64,000 nucleotides of DNA. Source: Candidatus Kaiserbacteria bacterium RIFCSPHIGHO2_02_FULL_49_34 (lineage in GTDB: Bacteria > Patescibacteriota > Minisyncoccia > Phycocordibacterales > UBA918). The stretch covers positions 22,914 to 86,913 of the forward strand of contig MFLE01000025.1 of NCBI GenBank assembly GCA_001781205.1, written 5' to 3'. The notes beneath the pieces were generated by a model, which searched no databases, was not told the DNA's origin, and worked only from the letters and a program-made list of their open reading frames with translations. Made by a program: the position numbers and the translations under genes. This document shows positions 10,183 to 19,459 of the stretch, piece by piece (position 1 is the first letter of the stretch; the number at the start of each line of letters is the position of its first letter).

Positions 10183-10207
10183 GCGTTAGAGAAGCAGCTT
10201 CTCAGCC

Positions 10208-10298
10208 TGAATCCCCGGGTCATTTGAAAATATAGTCGCTATGGTTCGAGAGACTCACCATAAATCGCTCCTTGTTTTCATGATGCCCGAGGATGACA
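10208..10298. repeat. Related palindromic half-element
   Basis: aatccccgggtcatttgaaaa...ttttcatgatgcccgaggatgaca; resembles the right half of 43498-43667. Confidence 0.7.
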
Positions 10299-10349
10299 AT
10301 TCTTTGAGATCTTTGCTACATAACAAAAAATCCCTTGCGGGATTATTTG

Positions 10350-12314
10350 TTACGCATTTAATGTTGCGTAGCGAGTTGAATCGATGGTGAGCCACCCATG
10401 TTCGGTTGGATACGTACCACGAGCCTTCGCAACAAGTGCGTCAAACATTGCTTTCTGAGCAAATGCAGTGTGTGCAGATGCCTGAATCGCTGCGATAACT
10501 TCGTCAGTGACAAAGATATGCTCTTGTGCGGCGTACTGTGCGAGCGAGAATACTGGCTCTTCTGCAACTGCGCCAAACATCTTTTCGAAGTTGTCGTCAG
10601 TTGGAAGATTTGCAACAGGCAATGCAACAGGTGTTGCAACTGCATGAGAGACATGCGCAACTGATGCTACGGGTGCTGCTGGCGTTTCTACTGCCGCTAC
10701 AAGCGAAGCACCATATTTACGCTGCATAACATAGTATGCAATACCAACTGCCCAAATACCAAGCAAGACATAGAAGAGTACCGTCATGGTCGGACCTGCA
10801 TCGAAACCAGTGTATGGTACGTTTGCAAGCGGCACACGATCAACTGAGATGTCTCCTGAAACGGTAGTGGTATCAACAGAAACTGAACAGGTATCAGAAC
10901 CATTGTTGTTCTGCACCTTCATGGTGTAGGTAACATTTTGGTTTGGAATCACGGTCTGACTGCCACTGTTTGGGCTGCGTGAGGTGTTTGTGTCGGCTGA
11001 AATGATAACGTTACCATACTGGTCACGAATCGTCATTTCTTTTGCGCGAGTGTTGTCCCACGTGAGGAGCACTGGCATACCACGCTTTACCACACGGTCA
11101 GAAACACGGAGGTCACAGATTGGTGCAGATCCTGAAGTTGTAGATTCTCGTTCTACCGTAATAGACTTTGTACACGTATCAACATCACCCTTTGCATTGT
11201 ATGCCTTCATTTTGAAGGTTGTTGAGGTGCGCGGGTAGACAGTGCGTGAACCTGAAGTGTCAGACGTTGAAACAATTGATTCACCGTTGTCATCAGTTAT
11301 CACGACACGTGTTGCATTACTGGTATTCCAAGTAAGCTTCACGCTGTCGCCACGAGTGATTGAGGAATCCGAAATCGTGAGGTGACATACTGGCGCTGAG
11401 ACTGCAGTCTCGGTTACCGTAATTGACTTAGTACACGTATCAACAGCACCTGCTGCGTTATATGCCTTCATAGTGAAGGTTGTTGATGTGCGTGGGTAGA
11501 TTTCGCGTGAACTTGAAACATCAGTCGTTGAAACAATTGTTTCTCCGTTGCCGTCAGTAATGACAACACGTGTTGCGTTTGCACCACCCCATGAAAGGGT
11601 TACTGCATCGCCACGAGTGATTGAGGTATCTGAAAGTGAAAGACTACATACGGGAGCAGGATAGGTTGGAGGAGTCGGCGTTGTTGGTGGAACGTACGTT
11701 GGCGGCTCATAATACCAATCATTGCCGTAATCCCAGTCGTACGTATACGTTACAGGAGCATACGAGTAGCCAGTATTCCAAGAAACTGGTTCGTAAGAAT
11801 ATGACGGAGATTCGTATGACCAGTCGTTCGAACCATAATCATACTCATAATTCCAGTCAGTTGAGCCGTAATCGTAGCTATAATCCCAGCCAGTAGACCC
11901 ATAGTCGTAGGTTGTATTGTAGTCAGTTGAGCCGTAATCGTAGGTTGTATTATATCCCGTTGATCCATAATCATACGTGGTATTGTATCCAGTTGATCCG
12001 TAATCATACGTAGTGTTATAGCCAGTTGAACCATAATCATAGGTCGTGTTGTAACCCGTTGATCCATAATCGTACGTGGTATTGTATCCAGTAGACCCAT
12101 AGTCATACGTGTTGTTATAGCCCGTAGAACCATAATCATAGCTTGTATTGTACCCGGTTGAACCATAGCCGTAGCCATAATCATACCCTGTTGATCCATA
12201 GTCATAGCTATAGTTCCAGTCCCATGCATCCGCACGAACGACACCCGGAAGTGCGAGTGAGACAGTGAGAAGCGCAATAGCAATTCCCGAAGTGATTTTT
12301 GAAATGATGTTCAT
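10350..12314 (-). CDS. Surface protein: signal peptide, 11-aa YDYGSTG repeats, three Cys-paired Ig-like domains, VPYTG motif plus TM
   Basis: Translation; start placed at MNIISK from the signal peptide. Confidence 0.85.
   Translation of the reverse strand: MNIISKITSGIAIALLTVSLALPGVVRADAWDWNYSYDYGSTGYDYGYGYGSTGYNTSYDYGSTGYNNTYDYGSTGYNTTYDYGSTGYNTTYDYGSTGYNTTYDYGSTGYNTTYDYGSTGYNTTYDYGSTDYNTTYDYGSTGWDYSYDYGSTDWNYEYDYGSNDWSYESPSYSYEPVSWNTGYSYAPVTYTYDWDYGNDWYYEPPTYVPPTTPTPPTYPAPVCSLSLSDTSITRGDAVTLSWGGANATRVVITDGNGETIVSTTDVSSSREIYPRTSTTFTMKAYNAAGAVDTCTKSITVTETAVSAPVCHLTISDSSITRGDSVKLTWNTSNATRVVITDDNGESIVSTSDTSGSRTVYPRTSTTFKMKAYNAKGDVDTCTKSITVERESTTSGSAPICDLRVSDRVVKRGMPVLLTWDNTRAKEMTIRDQYGNVIISADTNTSRSPNSGSQTVIPNQNVTYTMKVQNNNGSDTCSVSVDTTTVSGDISVDRVPLANVPYTGFDAGPTMTVLFYVLLGIWAVGIAYYVMQRKYGASLVAAVETPAAPVASVAHVSHAVATPVALPVANLPTDDNFEKMFGAVAEEPVFSLAQYAAQEHIFVTDEVIAAIQASAHTAFAQKAMFDALVAKARGTYPTEHGWLTIDSTRYATLNA
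11823..12218 (-). repeat. Twelve 33-bp coding tandem repeats (YNTTYDYGSTG)
   Basis: 396 bp = 12 x 33; synonymous positions diverged. Confidence 0.9.
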
Positions 12315-12432
12315 ATATTTTTTTATGTGAGACAATGTCTCATTCTGCCGACAAGCATAATACAGGGACGAATCATTCAAAGAGAATGATTCGTCCATGG
12401 GATATGCATCCCGAAATGTGTATGAAAGGAAC

Positions 12433-12939
12433 TTAACTTTTTTTCTCCGACACCATGAGAATAGCGCGCCCCGGAACCGGAGAACCGATCCGCATGGAGA
12501 CAGCCGCACCGCCCGAAGGCTTCACGGTGATGTTGAGCGGATATTCGCCGACAACATCGCCAGGCACCATTTCAATGGCTTCGCCACCGATAAGATGCAG
12601 GCTTTTGGTTGCCGTGCGACCGGCCGAGGTGACAATCGTCAGCTCGACACGCTCGCTATCACACCACTTCCCTGCAGCCATGGTTTTCTGGACCCAGGCT
12701 TTGAAGCTGGGGTCCTGCATGGGCATCGGTGGCTTGACGGTAACGCAGTGCATCACCAGCGTCATCGGCGGTGCCGCGGGACGTTGTTGTTGCTGTTGCT
12801 GTACCATTTCGACTTGTTGCGGCCCCATGACACCAGTTTGCTGCGATTGCGACCGTTGGGGCGCAGTCGACGAGCAGCCACTGCATGCGGCGAGCAGAAC
12901 GGGGATGGAAGCAATGCAAGCGATTTTTGCGATATTCAT
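12433..12939 (-). CDS. Putative lipoprotein
   Basis: Lipobox-like LLAAC, Gln run, GGAG SD. Confidence 0.65.
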   Translation of the reverse strand: MNIAKIACIASIPVLLAACSGCSSTAPQRSQSQQTGVMGPQQVEMVQQQQQQRPAAPPMTLVMHCVTVKPPMPMQDPSFKAWVQKTMAAGKWCDSERVELTIVTSAGRTATKSLHLIGGEAIEMVPGDVVGEYPLNITVKPSGGAAVSMRIGSPVPGRAILMVSEKKS

Positions 12940-12968
12940 GATGAATCTCCAGTGTATGAATGAGAGGA

Positions 12969-13358
12969 TTACTGAACGATAACCGTGTCGCTAAGTTCGG
13001 CAAAGCGAAATGCGAAGAGTGCGTCTTCTGGACTCAGCCGGATACAACCCGCTGATGCAGGATTCCCCGTCGGCCTCCCCAGATGAAGCGCATGGCCTCG
13101 ACTGGTGAAGAAAAGAGAGAAAAGCATCGGCGTACCGTATTCGGATGAAATATGGTGGCGCTTTTTTTTGAGGATCCTGAACACCCCTTTCGGCGTGTCA
13201 TGTCCTTCTCTGCCCGTCGAGACGATACCCGAATGGACACGTTGCTTACCCTCATAGAGAGTAAACGTTTGCGCAGCAAGGTCAATCACAATCGATCGCT
13301 CTGCCGCACTCACGCCACCCGCCAAAAGCAGGAAGCAGAACAGCAGAACAATTTTCAT
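12969..13358 (-). CDS. L,D-transpeptidase (YkuD family)
   Basis: VSTG...TPKG and HLG...ASAGCIRL catalytic motif; signal peptide. Confidence 0.9.
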   Translation of the reverse strand: MKIVLLFCFLLLAGGVSAAERSIVIDLAAQTFTLYEGKQRVHSGIVSTGREGHDTPKGVFRILKKKRHHISSEYGTPMLFSLFFTSRGHALHLGRPTGNPASAGCIRLSPEDALFAFRFAELSDTVIVQ

Positions 13359-13590
13359 GCAAGACCTCCGAAGAAGAAAGTTGTCAAAGAATGTTTTTTA
13401 GGGGGAACGAACTTGCCACATTATAAACACATTTCACAAGATTGTCAAGGGTTTCCCCCTCGAAATGCCCGAAAAACCAAAGGTGGAGGCATTGACAAAA
13501 ACATATATAAACCGTATAAATCTATCTAGAGCTCTCATTTCTTTTCATGAGTCACGAGAGATGTCCTGTTCATTTACAAAGGAATATATC

Positions 13591-14625
13591 ATGTCGAAGA
13601 TTGCACTCATTACCGGCATCACCGGTCAAGATGGTTCGTACCTTGCTGAGCTTTTGCTCGAGAAGGGCTACGAGGTCCACGGCATCATTCGCCGCACCAG
13701 CACCGAAGCGGGCAAGTGGCGCATTGCGCACCTTATCGAAAAGAAGGCTATTCATCTGCATTATGGTGATGTGTCCGACAGCCTCAGTGTCTACCGTATC
13801 GTTGCCGAGCTCCAGCCCGATGAGATTTACAATCTCGCGGCACAGAGCCACGTTCGCGATTCGTTCGACATGCCGCAGTACACCCTCTCGGTTGACGGCG
13901 GCGGCGCGCTGCATGTGCTCGAAGCGGTTCGCCTCGCAGGCCTCGCCAAGAAAACGCGCGTCTACCAAGCGTCGACGAGCGAAATTTTTGGCGAAGCACC
14001 TGCTCCGCAAAGCGAAACGACACCCTTCTGGCCTCGCAGCCCCTATGGCTGTGCAAAAGTCTATGCACATTACCTCTCACGGAACTACCGCGAGGCGTAC
14101 GGCATGTTCGTTTGCTCAGGCTTTCTCTTCAACCACGAAAGTGAGCGGCGCGGTGAACTTTTTGTGACCCGCACCATCACGCGTCACGCCGCACGCATCG
14201 CACTCGGTATCGACGACCCAATCCCCTTCAGCAACCCTTCCTCGCGTCGCGACTGGGGCCATGCGAAGGATTTCGTGGTCGCCATGTGGCTCATGCTGCA
14301 GCAAGAAACTCCCGACGACTTTGTTATCGCCACTGGCGAACAGCACAGCAATCGCGAGTTTACCGAACGAGTCTTTGCACTCCTCGGGATTCCTGTGGAG
14401 TGGCGTGATGTGGGTAAAGATGAAATTTGCATTCACGCCAATACCGGCGCGATTGTCGGCTACATCGAACCCTCACTCTACCGTCCGACGGATGTCACCA
14501 ACCTGCACGGCGACGCTACGAAAGCGCGCACCCTGCTCGGCTGGACGCCACACGTCACGTTCGATGAACTCGTTCGCGAAATGACATTCGCTGATCTCGA
14601 ACGTACCAAGAACGGCATCATCTAA
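13591..14625 (+). CDS. gmd: GDP-mannose 4,6-dehydratase
   Basis: ALITGITGQDGSYLAELLL, SPYGCAK, FNHES. Confidence 0.97.
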   Translation: MSKIALITGITGQDGSYLAELLLEKGYEVHGIIRRTSTEAGKWRIAHLIEKKAIHLHYGDVSDSLSVYRIVAELQPDEIYNLAAQSHVRDSFDMPQYTLSVDGGGALHVLEAVRLAGLAKKTRVYQASTSEIFGEAPAPQSETTPFWPRSPYGCAKVYAHYLSRNYREAYGMFVCSGFLFNHESERRGELFVTRTITRHAARIALGIDDPIPFSNPSSRRDWGHAKDFVVAMWLMLQQETPDDFVIATGEQHSNREFTERVFALLGIPVEWRDVGKDEICIHANTGAIVGYIEPSLYRPTDVTNLHGDATKARTLLGWTPHVTFDELVREMTFADLERTKNGII

Positions 14626-14674
14626 ACTGGACGGCGAGGTTCGCCTCGCCGCACTCTTTTCTAAGGAGTAATTC

Positions 14675-15619
14675 ATGAACAAAAATGCAAAGATTTTTGT
14701 CGCTGGGCACAACGGCCTCGTCGGCAGCGCCATCGTGCGCGAACTCGAAAGGCAAGGCTACACCGACATCTGCACAGCAACGCGCGACGAGCTCGACCTC
14801 ACGGACACCCATGAGGTCCTGAAATATTTTGCTACACAGAAACCAACTCACGTCTTTCTCGCCGCAGCAAAAGTTGGCGGCATTACTGCCAACAACACCT
14901 TCCCTGCTGACTTCATTCTGGACAACCTGCGGATTCAGACGAACGTCATCGATGCGAGTCGCTGGTTCGAGGTTGAAAAACTCCTCTTCCTCGGCTCGTC
15001 CTGCATCTATCCGAAGCTCTGCCCACAACCCATCAAGGAAGAATACCTGATGACGGGGCCGCTTGAGCCGACAAACGATGCCTATGCGATAGCAAAAATC
15101 GCCGGCATCAAAATGTGCGATGCCTACCGTGCGCAGTATGGATGTAATTTCATTTCTGCGATGCCTACCAATATCTATGGCAGAGGAGACAACTTCCATC
15201 CGACAAACAGCCATGCGATTCCGCAAATCATGCGCAAATTGCACGAAGCGAAAATCGCTGATGCCTTTGAAGTCCGCGGATTCGCCGACGGTTCTCCGCT
15301 GCGTGAATTTCTCTACGTCGACGACCTCGCGCGCGCGTGCTTGCATCTCATGCAGCACTACGATGAGCCCGGGCCGATTAACGTTGGTACCGGTATTGAC
15401 TACACCATGCGCGAAACCATCATGCTCATTGCGCAGATTGTCGACTACAAGGGAAACATCATCTTCGATGGCAATATCCCGAACGGCACTCCACGCAAGG
15501 TCCTCGACGTCTCCCGCATCCACGCCCTCGGCTGGCACCACGAAGAAATGCTCGAAGAAGGCCTCCGCAAAACCTACGACTGGTTCTGCAAAACCCCCGA
15601 CGCAAGCAAGCGCATGTAA
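14675..15619 (+). CDS. fcl: GDP-L-fucose synthase
   Basis: VAGHNGLVGSA, FLGSSCIYP, YAIAKIAG; follows gmd. Confidence 0.95.
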   Translation: MNKNAKIFVAGHNGLVGSAIVRELERQGYTDICTATRDELDLTDTHEVLKYFATQKPTHVFLAAAKVGGITANNTFPADFILDNLRIQTNVIDASRWFEVEKLLFLGSSCIYPKLCPQPIKEEYLMTGPLEPTNDAYAIAKIAGIKMCDAYRAQYGCNFISAMPTNIYGRGDNFHPTNSHAIPQIMRKLHEAKIADAFEVRGFADGSPLREFLYVDDLARACLHLMQHYDEPGPINVGTGIDYTMRETIMLIAQIVDYKGNIIFDGNIPNGTPRKVLDVSRIHALGWHHEEMLEEGLRKTYDWFCKTPDASKRM

Positions 15620-15687
15620 CTAAAATTCCTTTTGAACATTTTCAAACCCTCCCCGCCCACCGGGGAGTTTTCTTTTATATGTAGAGA

Positions 15688-15732
15688 TCCAAGCAAAGAA
15701 AAACCGCCAGAGGTCTTGCGACATGGCGGTAG
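15688..15732. repeat. 45-bp perfect direct repeat, copy 1 (minus-strand terminator)
   Basis: tccaagcaaagaaaaaccgccagaggtcttgcgacatggcggtag; identical at 16372. Confidence 0.95.
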
Positions 15733-15812
15733 TATATTTTTTGCGCATGGTAATTACATTACCCACACAGCATCAAACAATGATACGCCCTCCCAGTTCC
15801 TGACGGGCGGTG

Positions 15813-16232
15813 TTAGTCGCCTAAGATGGAACGGACAGCTTCGGTTCGTGAGTGTTCGCATGTGAGATGAAGCCTGATCTTCACATTGAACGTGGACGCC
15901 ATTCCCCCGGCAAGTTCTTGGACCTGCGCGAGATTCTCGCGACCATGTAGCTCAAAGATCCAATCCCCTTCAGTGGCGTTGCGCAGAGAGTCTTTGAACC
16001 AGATAGTTCCGAGAAACTTCCGCCGAGGCTGTACCGTGATAAGGCCGAAAAAATATTCCTTCGGCACCGCGCCAGGAATCTTCTGTAAGATGCCAAGGCT
16101 GTCAGTTACTTTCAGCGGAGCTCCTGCGATGCCAGAACTGGTGGCAAGGTCGAAGCCTTTTGCGAGAAGGAACTCTCCAGCTTTAATCGAGACATGCTCA
16201 GCATAATCAACAAGCGATACATTCGCGTTCAT
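15813..16232 (-). CDS. Hypothetical cassette protein A (paralog of 22028-22450)
   Basis: Shares EHVSIK.G.FL..KGFDL, YFFGLIT, QPRR.FLGTIWFKD, GRENL with its paralog. Confidence 0.85.
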   Translation of the reverse strand: MNANVSLVDYAEHVSIKAGEFLLAKGFDLATSSGIAGAPLKVTDSLGILQKIPGAVPKEYFFGLITVQPRRKFLGTIWFKDSLRNATEGDWIFELHGRENLAQVQELAGGMASTFNVKIRLHLTCEHSRTEAVRSILGD

Positions 16233-16371
16233 GGTCACACTCCGTAAGGTACAATCAGTTGTATTAAACCAACATGATTTAATAGTAATGCTATTAATGC
16301 CACAACAGACACAGGGTGTCAAATACCTTTCTCTTATTATCTCTCTCGCAATGTCGTATTCCAGAGTTTCT

Positions 16372-16416
16372 TCCAAGCAAAGAAAAACCGCCAGAGGTCT
16401 TGCGACATGGCGGTAG
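16372..16416. repeat. 45-bp perfect direct repeat, copy 2
   Basis: Identical to 15688-15732. Confidence 0.95.
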
Positions 16417-16455
16417 AATATTTTGTGTGTCTAAAATTTAGTTGAGTACACGACC

Positions 16456-16806
16456 CTAGCAAATAGAGCGACTAGAGCTACCTTCGAGCTGTTTCTCGAG
16501 TAGTGCGATGTACGCTTCTACCTCCTTGAGTTCACCGCTACTGAGCGCCGAATTATGGACAGTAAGCGAAAGCTGCTTCGGCTTCTTCCGCTCGACATCA
16601 ACGTACGCCAACACTTTCTTACTAGTGAGAGGAAAGGACGAGAACGCTTGATACAGATTAACGCGCCAGCCAACATTTATTTCCTCATGCTCCAAATAGA
16701 GCTTCGGTGCGCGCAGAGCTTGACGACGTGCGCGCACCGCACTCTCGAGTATTTTGTCGACAGAGTGCGTTACGACATCATGATCAATTACTTGAGTTGT
16801 TGTCAC
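16456..16806 (-). CDS. Hypothetical protein
   Basis: AAGGAG SD before GTG; TTGACA promoter; terminator at 16372-16416. Confidence 0.65.
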   Translation of the reverse strand: MTTTQVIDHDVVTHSVDKILESAVRARRQALRAPKLYLEHEEINVGWRVNLYQAFSSFPLTSKKVLAYVDVERKKPKQLSLTVHNSALSSGELKEVEAYIALLEKQLEGSSSRSIC

Positions 16807-16965
16807 GATACATCTCCTTACTTTTTAAGGCATGCATGTAGGAACGAAAACATCTAACATTCTGATACTGCCACACGAGATACTTAGTGTCAATACCACT
16901 TTCTTTACTATCTATGTAATTATCGTATCAACCTCGTTCACAAGATCTTTTACAAGGAGAACATC

Positions 16966-18330
16966 ATGACTCGCATATTCCAGGCAATTATGTGTGGCGG
17001 TGAGGGTAAGCGCCTTTGGCCGCTTTCTCGCCGGAGCTTTCCGAAGTACTACGTGCCACTTGCTGATGGCGAATCGCTGTTTCAAAAGGCGTTTCGTCGC
17101 GCGCTGCGCACGTCGACTGTTGAGGATATCCTCCTCATTACCACCGACGTCAACAAACACAACGCGCTCAAGCAGGCTCGTGCCATCATCCCCGCCTTCC
17201 CGCAGGAAGGCCTCATCATCCGACCCGACGGCAAGGAAACCTTTGCCACCATGGCATGCGCCCTCGCAACCATGATCGACCGCAACGCATCCGCCGAATC
17301 GATCTTGGTGTGTGCACCGGCCGACCATGTCATTCACGATGTCGCTTCCTATGGTGACGTCCTGCACACTGCAGCGCTCGTTGCCCGTGACCACTACGTT
17401 GTCATCGGCATTCCACCCACTGAGCCGTCGAGCGATTTCGGCTACATCGAGTGCGACCTGCAAGAACCGCAGGTCGTCACCCGCTTCACCGAAAAGCCCG
17501 ACCGCGAAACCGCCGAGAGCTTCATCGCTTCCGGTAACTATCTCTGGAATGCTGGTTTTCACATCGGCAGCCTCGAGACGTTCATGCGCGAAATCCGCCT
17601 GAACGAACCCGCAGCTCACGACATCATCGCAGGAGGAATGCGCAGCGTTATCAAAAACTTTGACGCACTACCCGAGAAGTCCATCGACTACACCGTCGCG
17701 GAAAAAGCTTCCTCGATGCGTGTCGTCCGCGCAACGTTCGACTGGGACGACCTCGGCGACCTTGCGTCGTTTATCCCCGCACGCGGCAAAGAGCAACGCA
17801 TTGCTTCGTTCGATTCGTCGAATGTAAATGCATGCGTTGACGGCAAACTTGTTGTCGCCATCGGCGTAAGCGACCTCATCGTCGTTGATGGGCAAGACAC
17901 GCTGCTCGTGATCCACAAGGACGCCGTCAGTAAACTCTCGAAAGCCGTCGACACACTTCGTAAAGAAGGTCACCCCGAAGCCGACCACCACTTCCGTGGC
18001 TATCGCCCGTGGGGTATCTACGAAGTGCTCGAAGAAGGCACGGGATACAAGGTGAAGAAAATCACCGTCACCCCCGGCTGCGCAAGCTCGCTGCAATCGC
18101 ATAGCAAACGTGCAGAGCATTGGGTAGTCGTCTCAGGTATTGCGCACGTGGTGCTCGGTGGCGAACATCGTCTCCTGCACCCGAACGAAAGCCTGTACAT
18201 TCCCATCGGCGAGAAACACCGCATCGAAAACCCGAGCACGACACCGCTCGTACTCATTGAAGTACAAACCGGTTCATATCTCGGCGAGGACGACATTGTG
18301 CGGCACGAGGATAATTTCGGCCGTGCATAA
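16966..18330 (+). CDS. manC: Mannose-1-phosphate guanylyltransferase / mannose-6-phosphate isomerase
   Basis: GGEGKRLWPLSR..PK, WDDLG, RPWG...LQSH..RAEHW cupin domain. Confidence 0.95.
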   Translation: MTRIFQAIMCGGEGKRLWPLSRRSFPKYYVPLADGESLFQKAFRRALRTSTVEDILLITTDVNKHNALKQARAIIPAFPQEGLIIRPDGKETFATMACALATMIDRNASAESILVCAPADHVIHDVASYGDVLHTAALVARDHYVVIGIPPTEPSSDFGYIECDLQEPQVVTRFTEKPDRETAESFIASGNYLWNAGFHIGSLETFMREIRLNEPAAHDIIAGGMRSVIKNFDALPEKSIDYTVAEKASSMRVVRATFDWDDLGDLASFIPARGKEQRIASFDSSNVNACVDGKLVVAIGVSDLIVVDGQDTLLVIHKDAVSKLSKAVDTLRKEGHPEADHHFRGYRPWGIYEVLEEGTGYKVKKITVTPGCASSLQSHSKRAEHWVVVSGIAHVVLGGEHRLLHPNESLYIPIGEKHRIENPSTTPLVLIEVQTGSYLGEDDIVRHEDNFGRA

Positions 18331-18400
18331 GTTCTCTTTGTTCTCACAACCCCGCTTCGCGCGGGGTTATTTTTTTATCTCGTCATGGTATCATGCGACA

Positions 18401-19291
18401 ATGCAAAAAACAGTGATTGTAAAACTAAAGGGCGGCATGGGGAATCAAATGTTTCAGTATGCATTTTCACGCGCGCTTATCGCTGCTGCAAAAAAGCACG
18501 GTGAAGCAATTTCTGTAGAGTACGACATCACTGGTTACGGCGAGCATGGTCGAGTAAAAAAGGATACACTCCGCACCTTTGACTTACAAAAACTCTCCTG
18601 CGAAATTGTCATCGCTGATGAATACGTCGCGCTCGCTGCACGAAATCCTTTCGGAGTTATTTCAAAAATCATCCGTCGTATTATCACCAAGTTTTTTACA
18701 CCCGACACCGTGCGCTATGACGAAACACTTCTCATGCCACCGTATAAAAATTACTACGAAGGCTACTGGCAATCAGAAAAATATTTCAAAAATATTGAAC
18801 AAGAAATTCGTCAACACTTTACTTTCCGCGAGCCTCTCGGCCCTGTCGCACAAGCCATGAAGGAGAAAATTGAGAACGACCCACACGCCGTCGGCATTTT
18901 CTTCCGTCGCACCGACTATGTCGGACACAGCGACCTTGACGTCTGCGACGACACCTACTACTCACGCGCCCTCGCAAAAATGCGCGAACTCGTCCCGAAT
19001 ATGCACCTCTACGTCATGAGCGACGACATCGAATGGGTCAAGCAAAACGGAAACCTTCCCGAAGGCACAACCTACGTCTCCTCCCCTTCCATCAGCTACA
19101 TCGAAGAAATGGAAATCTCCACCGCATGCAAACACCACATCATCCCCAACTCAACCTTCGCCTGGTGGGGTGCCTGGCTTAATACAAATCCAGATAAAAT
19201 CAGTATTGCACCAAAGCTCTGGTCCAAGAAAACAAACACCACCTGGTACAAAGACATAATCCCCAAAACCAAAAACTGGCTCCGTGCCTAA
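18401..19291 (+). CDS. Alpha-1,2-fucosyltransferase (GT11)
   Basis: GGMGNQMFQYA, GYWQSEKYF, RRTDY, NSTFAWWGAWL. Confidence 0.92.
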   Translation: MQKTVIVKLKGGMGNQMFQYAFSRALIAAAKKHGEAISVEYDITGYGEHGRVKKDTLRTFDLQKLSCEIVIADEYVALAARNPFGVISKIIRRIITKFFTPDTVRYDETLLMPPYKNYYEGYWQSEKYFKNIEQEIRQHFTFREPLGPVAQAMKEKIENDPHAVGIFFRRTDYVGHSDLDVCDDTYYSRALAKMRELVPNMHLYVMSDDIEWVKQNGNLPEGTTYVSSPSISYIEEMEISTACKHHIIPNSTFAWWGAWLNTNPDKISIAPKLWSKKTNTTWYKDIIPKTKNWLRA

Positions 19292-19308
19292 GCAACGCCA
19301 CACATCAC

Positions 19309-19357
19309 TCAGGCGTAAGAAAACGCAATGCGTATCATTGCGTTTTCTTACGCCTGA
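19309..19357. repeat. Perfect palindrome with 22-bp arms
   Basis: tcaggcgtaagaaaacgcaatg-cgtat-cattgcgttttcttacgcctga. Confidence 0.85.
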
Positions 19358-19378
19358 TGGGTGAGTTAGTTTCTTTAC

Positions 19379-19407
19379 TTGACTTATTTTCCTTGCCAAG
19401 GTAGTAT
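19379..19407 (+). promoter_or_regulatory. Sigma70-type promoter with no downstream ORF
   Basis: TTGACT-17 bp-TAGTAT pointing into the hairpin at 19423-19459. Confidence 0.6.
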
Positions 19408-19413
19408 TTCACT

Positions 19414-19459
19414 ACAGTATCGAGAAGGGGCGTCGACCGTTTGGTCGATGGCCCCTTTT
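19414..19459 (+). ncRNA. Putative small hairpin RNA convergent with the DUF3800 gene
   Basis: Promoter, then aaggggcgtcgacc-gttt-ggtcgatggcccctttt. Confidence 0.4.

Noticed and set aside
11823-12218. Regular 33-bp periodicity as a possible CRISPR array
   Set aside because: No unique spacers; the repeats are in-frame codons of a protein; no cas genes
14618-15541. Long antisense and alternate-frame ORFs (also 16912-17619, 47769-48674, 61673-63250)
   Set aside because: Shadows of well-supported genes, with no motifs
15688-16416. Integron attC sites
   Set aside because: The repeats lack RYYYAAC/GTTRRRY boxes, the cassettes have their own promoters, and no integrase is in the window
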